From a bacterium (lineage in GTDB: Bacteria; JAAXHH01), in NCBI GenBank assembly GCA_963693015.1, contig OY843748.1:7449-71448 (forward strand): 64,000 nt of DNA. Reading direction: 5' to 3'. The notes under the pieces were generated by a model. The model worked only from the letters and a program-made list of their open reading frames with translations, was not told the origin of the DNA and ran no database searches. The translations under genes were made by a program, and so were the position numbers. Shown here piece by piece: positions 59,067 to 64,000 of the stretch (position 1 is the first letter of the stretch; each line of letters starts with the position of its first letter).

Positions 59067-59311
59067 TCCCGATCTCGTAAAACATCGTAAACCAGGTGCC
59101 CGGTATCGATTCCATCGGGTCTTGAAGGCGCCCTCGATTCCGTGAACACAGCCGGTTTCATAACAGTACGAACGCCCGGTTCTTTCAAAGGTTGCACCGT
59201 ACACCTGGTCGAACGCCAGTTGAATCGGGGCGGATCGGCACCACCCCGCCGATACCGAATCGAATCGGCTTACCGGTTGACCTGCACGCGGCAACGTAAC
59301 CCGGAGACTTC

Positions 59312-60589
59312 ATGAACGTACTTGTCGTTGGCAAGGGGGGCAGAGAACACGCGCTGGCCTGGGCGCTCCGGCGCTCCGCCCGCGTAGAGAACCTGTACGC
59401 TGCGCCGGGCAATCCAGGTATCGCCGCCCTCGGAGCATGCGTTTCCATCGCACCGGAAGATGCGGACGGAATCGCCGGCTTCGCCCGTGAAAACGGGGTT
59501 GACCTGGTGGTGGTCGGGCCGGACGGCGCGCTGGAAGCCGGTGTGGTGGACGCCGTGGAAGGCCTGGGCATCAGGGCCTTTGGCCCGACCCGGGCGGCCG
59601 CCGAGATCGAATGGAGCAAGGTATTCTCCAAGCAGATGATGGCGGAAGAAGGCATACCCACGGCCGCTTTTGCCGTGTTTTCAGACGTCGAGGAGGCGCG
59701 CGCGTACGTGCGCGACGAGGGCGCGCCGATCGTCGTCAAGGCCGACGGTCTGGCCGCCGGCAAAGGCGCCCTGGTGTGTCGCACCGTCGAGGAAGCGATG
59801 AGCGCGCTCGACGGCGTGATGACCGAACGCGTGTTCGGCGATGCGGGCCGGAACGTGGTCGTCGAGGCCTTCATGGAGGGTGAGGAGGCCTCCGTATTCG
59901 CGCTTACCGATGGCGAAAGGGTCCTGCCGCTGGTTCCTTCTCAGGACCACAAACCCGTCCACGAAGGCGATACGGGGCCGAACACCGGGGGCATGGGCGC
60001 GTACGCGCCGGCGCCGCTCATTGATGAGCGCGCGTTGACGGACATCCGGGAACGGATCATCGAACCGGCGGTCCTGGGCATGAGGAAACGCGGCCGGCCG
60101 TTCCGGGGGGTGTTGTACTGCGGCCTCATGATGACCGCCGAGGGGCCGATGGTCGTCGAATTCAACAGCCGGTTCGGCGATCCCGAGGCCCAGGTCGTAC
60201 TTCCCCTTCTGGAAGACGATTTCGCGGAACTGGCTTACGGTGTCGCCGGGGGCAGAATGCCCTCGGGGCCGCTGTCCTGGAAGCGCAAGGCCGCAACCTG
60301 CGTCGTGGTGGCCTCCGGTGGATATCCCGGAGCGTACGAGGACGGCAAGGAGATCCAGGGCCTGGATGCGCTGGACGCCATGGACGACGTCTTCGCCTTC
60401 CATGCGGGAACCGCCGTGCGAGATGGGAGACCGGTAACCCACGGCGGGCGGGTCCTGGGCGTGACGGCCCTGGCCGGCGATCTTCGGGGTTCCATCGGCC
60501 GGGCTTACGAGGCGGTGGACCGGATACGCTTTGACAACCGTTATTTCCGCGGGGACATCGGTGAAAAGGGCCTACGCAGGATCATCTAG
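59312..60589 (+). CDS. purD: phosphoribosylamine--glycine ligase
   Basis: GGREHALAW, KADGLAAGKG, QDHK..GPNTGGMG, EFNSRFGDPE. Confidence 0.97.
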   Translation: MNVLVVGKGGREHALAWALRRSARVENLYAAPGNPGIAALGACVSIAPEDADGIAGFARENGVDLVVVGPDGALEAGVVDAVEGLGIRAFGPTRAAAEIEWSKVFSKQMMAEEGIPTAAFAVFSDVEEARAYVRDEGAPIVVKADGLAAGKGALVCRTVEEAMSALDGVMTERVFGDAGRNVVVEAFMEGEEASVFALTDGERVLPLVPSQDHKPVHEGDTGPNTGGMGAYAPAPLIDERALTDIRERIIEPAVLGMRKRGRPFRGVLYCGLMMTAEGPMVVEFNSRFGDPEAQVVLPLLEDDFAELAYGVAGGRMPSGPLSWKRKAATCVVVASGGYPGAYEDGKEIQGLDALDAMDDVFAFHAGTAVRDGRPVTHGGRVLGVTALAGDLRGSIGRAYEAVDRIRFDNRYFRGDIGEKGLRRII

Positions 60590-60619
60590 CACCACGGAGG
60601 ATCAGTCGGGTTCGGGGCC

Positions 60620-61252
60620 ATGAGGGTGCTGACCATCGATCCGGTTCATCCGGACAGGAACATACTCCAGGCGGCGGCGGACATCATCCGGGACGGGGGC
60701 CTGGTGGCCTTTCCTACCGAGACGGTGTACGGGATCGGCGCGGACGGAACGAATCCCGCCGCTATCCGGCGGATCTACGAAGCCAAGGGCCGTCATGAAT
60801 CGAAGCCGGTCCTGGTACTCGTTTCCGACCGGGAGGATCTGGACCGCCTGGTCCGGTGCATCCCCGGGCGTGTCCATGCGCTGATGGACGCCTGCTGGCC
60901 CGGACCGTTGACGCTGGTCTTTCCTGCCCTGGAGAGCGTGCCGCGGGAGCTGCTGGGCCAGGGCACTACGATCGGGGTCAGGCACAGCGGCGCGGCGATC
61001 GCCGGCGCGCTCTGCCGCGCGGTGGGAGGACCCGTTACGGCGCCCAGCGCCAACCGCTCCGGGGAGCCGGAGCCCCTCACCGCGGAAGACGTGGCCGCCC
61101 AGCTGGGCGGCCGGGTGGACTTGATTCTCGATGGCGGACCTTCGCCTTCGGATCAGCCTTCGACGGTCGTGGACGTTTCTACCGGGACGCCGCGACTCAT
61201 CCGGGCGGGGTGTACGCCCTATGACCGTGTCACGGAAGTCTGGCGCCATTGA
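60620..61252 (+). CDS. tsaC: L-threonylcarbamoyladenylate synthase (TsaC/Sua5/YrdC)
   Basis: FPTETVYG, KGR, WPGPLT, PSANRSG, STVVD. Confidence 0.93.
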   Translation: MRVLTIDPVHPDRNILQAAADIIRDGGLVAFPTETVYGIGADGTNPAAIRRIYEAKGRHESKPVLVLVSDREDLDRLVRCIPGRVHALMDACWPGPLTLVFPALESVPRELLGQGTTIGVRHSGAAIAGALCRAVGGPVTAPSANRSGEPEPLTAEDVAAQLGGRVDLILDGGPSPSDQPSTVVDVSTGTPRLIRAGCTPYDRVTEVWRH

Positions 61253-61290
61253 ACGGGCCGGGGTATCCGGACCAGGGAGGACACACGGCG

Positions 61291-62376
61291 ATGCGGATAC
61301 TCGTCGTTAGAACGGACCGTATCGGTGACGTGCTGCTATCGACGCCCGTGCTCAGCGTGCTGAGGGAACAGCATGCCGACTGCCGCATCGCGATGCTCGT
61401 ATCCCCCTACGCCGCCGACGCCGTCGAGGGACATCCGGCCCTGGACGAGGTCATCATCGATGAACAGTCCGGTCGACACCGTGGACCGACGGGTTTCTTC
61501 CGCCTGTTCGGCGACCTGCGCGGCAGGCGGTTCGACGCGGTCCTGGTCCTGCATCCCACGGCGAGGCTGGCGCTGGCCTGCCGCCTCGCCGGCATACCGG
61601 TGAGGATCGGAACGGGCTACCGGGCTTACGGGTTTCTATTCAACCGAAAGGTGTACGAACACCGCAAAGACGCCCGCAAGCACGAAGTGGAATACAATCT
61701 GGCCATGGCGCGGGCCCTGTTCGATGGCGCCGGTGAAGCCGCTCCGCAGATCCACGTGTCCGAAGCGGCTAGGCGGGCCGTGGAGGAACGCAAGCGCCGG
61801 TGGCGGGTGGTCCCTGGCGATCCGCTGGTCCTGCTGCACCCCGGCAGCGGCGGATCGGCAAGGAACTGGCCCGCGGAGTGTTTCGCCGAACTGGCGGCGC
61901 GGCTTTCCCGTGGCGGCGTCCGCGTAGTCGTTACGGGATCGGCCGATGAACGGGACCTGGTCGAGCGGGTCGCCGGTTCGCTGCCGGAGTCGGTCATACA
62001 GGTCAAGGGAGAACTCGACATCAGGGAACTGGCCGCGCTGCTCCAGACGTCCACGCTCTGCGTCACGAACAGCACCGGTCCCCTGCACGTCGCCGCGGCC
62101 GTGGGCACGCCCGCCGTGGCGCTGTTCTGTCCCATAAAACCGTGCAGTCCGACCCGCTGGGGTCCCTACGGCGGAGACCATGACGTCCTGATGCCGGAAG
62201 TGCCTCCCTGTCCCCGGTGTATCGAGACTGCCTGCCCGTACTTCGACTGCATGGAGCGCATCTCGGTCGACGCCGTGTTCGCGGCCGTTCGGGGGCGGCT
62301 TATGGCCAGACATCCCGATATAGCCTGTACCCTGGATGCCGCGGCGGACGGGATAAGGCCGTACAGGACTGAATAA
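61291..62376 (+). CDS. GT9 family glycosyltransferase (heptosyltransferase-like)
   Basis: RTDRIGDVLL, HPGSGG..W, NSTGPLHVAAA; GGAGG RBS. Confidence 0.9.
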   Translation: MRILVVRTDRIGDVLLSTPVLSVLREQHADCRIAMLVSPYAADAVEGHPALDEVIIDEQSGRHRGPTGFFRLFGDLRGRRFDAVLVLHPTARLALACRLAGIPVRIGTGYRAYGFLFNRKVYEHRKDARKHEVEYNLAMARALFDGAGEAAPQIHVSEAARRAVEERKRRWRVVPGDPLVLLHPGSGGSARNWPAECFAELAARLSRGGVRVVVTGSADERDLVERVAGSLPESVIQVKGELDIRELAALLQTSTLCVTNSTGPLHVAAAVGTPAVALFCPIKPCSPTRWGPYGGDHDVLMPEVPPCPRCIETACPYFDCMERISVDAVFAAVRGRLMARHPDIACTLDAAADGIRPYRTE

Positions 62377-62390
62377 CCCGGGAGACTTCC

Positions 62391-64000
62391 TTGCCGGACC
62401 TGCAGAATCCACTGATCGTACAGAGCGACCGGACCATCCTGGTCGAAGTGGACCACCCGCGCTACGAGGATGCCCGGGACGCGCTGGCCCGTTTCGCGGA
62501 ACTGGAAAAGTCCCCGGAGCACATCCACGTATACCGCCTGAGCCCCTTGTCCCTGTGGAACGCCGCGTCGGCGGGCATGGACGCGGACGGCGTGCTCGAA
62601 TCGCTCGAAAGCCTGAGCAAGTACGAGATCCCCCAGAACATCCGCCGCGAAATCATCGATTTCATCGCCCGGTACGGACAGCTCCGGCTGCATAAGGAGG
62701 ACGGCAGGCTCATCCTCGCGTCCGACGATGCCGCCCTGATCGCGGAAGTCTCCGGCCTGTCCTCGGTCAGGCAGTTCCTCGTCCAGCCGCTGGACGAACG
62801 AAGGGTGCAGGTGGGAGACCGGTACCGCGGCCACGTAAAGCAGGCCCTGATCAAGGTCGGCTTTCCCGTGGAAGACCTGGCGGGATACGTCGAAGGCGCC
62901 CCGCTCGAGATCGATCTGCGCACGTCTCCCGGCGACCGGAAATCCTTCACCATGCGGGACTACCAACTGGACGCCGTCGGCGCGTTCCACATGAACGGCG
63001 AACCGCAGGGAGGCAACGGGGTCGTCGTACTGCCCTGCGGCGCGGGGAAGACCATCGTGGCCCTCGGGGCCATGGCGGCCCTGAAATGCCACACCCTCGT
63101 GCTGACTGCCAACACGGTGGCGTTGCGCCAGTGGCGGGAGGAACTGCTCGACAAGACCTCGCTGTCGGAAGAGCATATCGGCGAGTATTCCGGTGAAGCG
63201 AAGCAGATCCGGCCCGTAACCCTGGCCACGTACCAGATTCTGACCTACCGGAAAAGCAAGGGGGACGAGTTCAAGCATTTCGGCCTCTTCGACCAGAAGG
63301 GCTGGGGCCTCATCATCTACGACGAGGTTCATTTGCTCCCGGCCCCCGTTTTTCGCTACACGGCCGAAATACAGGCCCGCAGGCGGCTCGGGCTGACGGC
63401 GACCCTGGTTCGTGAAGACGGCCGCGAGGACGACGTCTTCAGCCTCATCGGTCCCCGCAGATACGACATGCCGTGGAAGCTGCTCGAGCGGCAGGGCTGG
63501 ATCGCGGAAGCGTACTGCCGGGAAATCCGGGTCGATCTGCCCGAAGCCCGGCGCATGTCCTACGCCGTGGCCAACCGCCGGGAGAAGTTCAGGATCGCCT
63601 CCGAAAACAGCCGGAAGACGGAGATCATCCGGGCCCTGCTGGAACAGCATCCCTCGGACCAGGTCCTGATCATCGGACTGTACGTGCGGCAGCTCAAGCA
63701 GATCGCCGCGTTGTTCGATTTCCCCCTGATCATGGGAAGCACCCCCCTGCAGGCCCGCCTGGACCTGTACGCCCGGTTCAGGAGCGGCGAACTCAAGCGT
63801 CTCGTGGTGTCCAAGGTCGCCAACTTCGCCATAGACCTGCCCGACGCCAACGTGGCGATCCAGATATCGGGCACCTTCGGGTCCCGCCAGGAGGAGGCCC
63901 AGCGCCTGGGCCGTATCCTCCGTCCCAAGGCGGACGGCTCCGCCGCCATTTTCTATTCGCTCATCACCCGGAACACCCTGGACCAGGACTATGCCGTGAA
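62391..64000 (+). CDS. XPB/Rad25-like SF2 DNA helicase, truncated by the window end (absent from the ORF track)
   Basis: Manual translation from TTG after GGAG: PLIVQSDRTILVEV, FAELEKSPEHIH.Y, VLPCGAGKT, YDEVH, LGLTATL.REDG, QRLGRILRPK. Confidence 0.92.
   Translation, partial: MPDLQNPLIVQSDRTILVEVDHPRYEDARDALARFAELEKSPEHIHVYRLSPLSLWNAASAGMDADGVLESLESLSKYEIPQNIRREIIDFIARYGQLRLHKEDGRLILASDDAALIAEVSGLSSVRQFLVQPLDERRVQVGDRYRGHVKQALIKVGFPVEDLAGYVEGAPLEIDLRTSPGDRKSFTMRDYQLDAVGAFHMNGEPQGGNGVVVLPCGAGKTIVALGAMAALKCHTLVLTANTVALRQWREELLDKTSLSEEHIGEYSGEAKQIRPVTLATYQILTYRKSKGDEFKHFGLFDQKGWGLIIYDEVHLLPAPVFRYTAEIQARRRLGLTATLVREDGREDDVFSLIGPRRYDMPWKLLERQGWIAEAYCREIRVDLPEARRMSYAVANRREKFRIASENSRKTEIIRALLEQHPSDQVLIIGLYVRQLKQIAALFDFPLIMGSTPLQARLDLYARFRSGELKRLVVSKVANFAIDLPDANVAIQISGTFGSRQEEAQRLGRILRPKADGSAAIFYSLITRNTLDQDYAV

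Noticed and set aside
59070-59311. Known ZTP, PRPP/ykkC or purine riboswitch before purD
   Set aside because: Their conserved cores could not be found by eye; retained only as an unclassified structured leader.
62166-63650. 494-aa minus-strand ORF
   Set aside because: Antisense to the XPB helicase, which carries all expected motifs.

Overview
High-GC bacterial chromosome segment with about 55 CDSs, mostly housekeeping and catabolic. Recognisable genes are smpB, tRNA-Leu(CAG), uxuA, uppP, rfbB, galM, carA, hflX, mpl, purD, tsaC and a truncated XPB-type helicase, plus SDRs, PhyH dioxygenases, a sulfatase and PLP enzymes. The sulfatase/PhyH/SDR/GWxTD/BatA content suggests an FCB-superphylum organism such as Latescibacterota or Gemmatimonadota (inference only). 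No CRISPR array, rRNA, integrase or transposase was seen. Accessory elements are a decayed toxin-antitoxin/Fic patch (~27.9-30.0 kb), a lone AT-rich PD-(D/E)XK nuclease gene (45.4-46.7 kb), a UvrD-like helicase fused to a Vsr/DUF559-like domain, and a small ADP-ribosyltransferase-like gene next to the tRNA. The most distinctive signal is many unrelated short tandem duplications (4-46 bp). Several copy the last codons and stop codon of a gene into the downstream spacer, while others expand a promoter, a signal peptide or a linker, or frameshift a gene. Products are assigned by motif recognition from memory; no database search was run.
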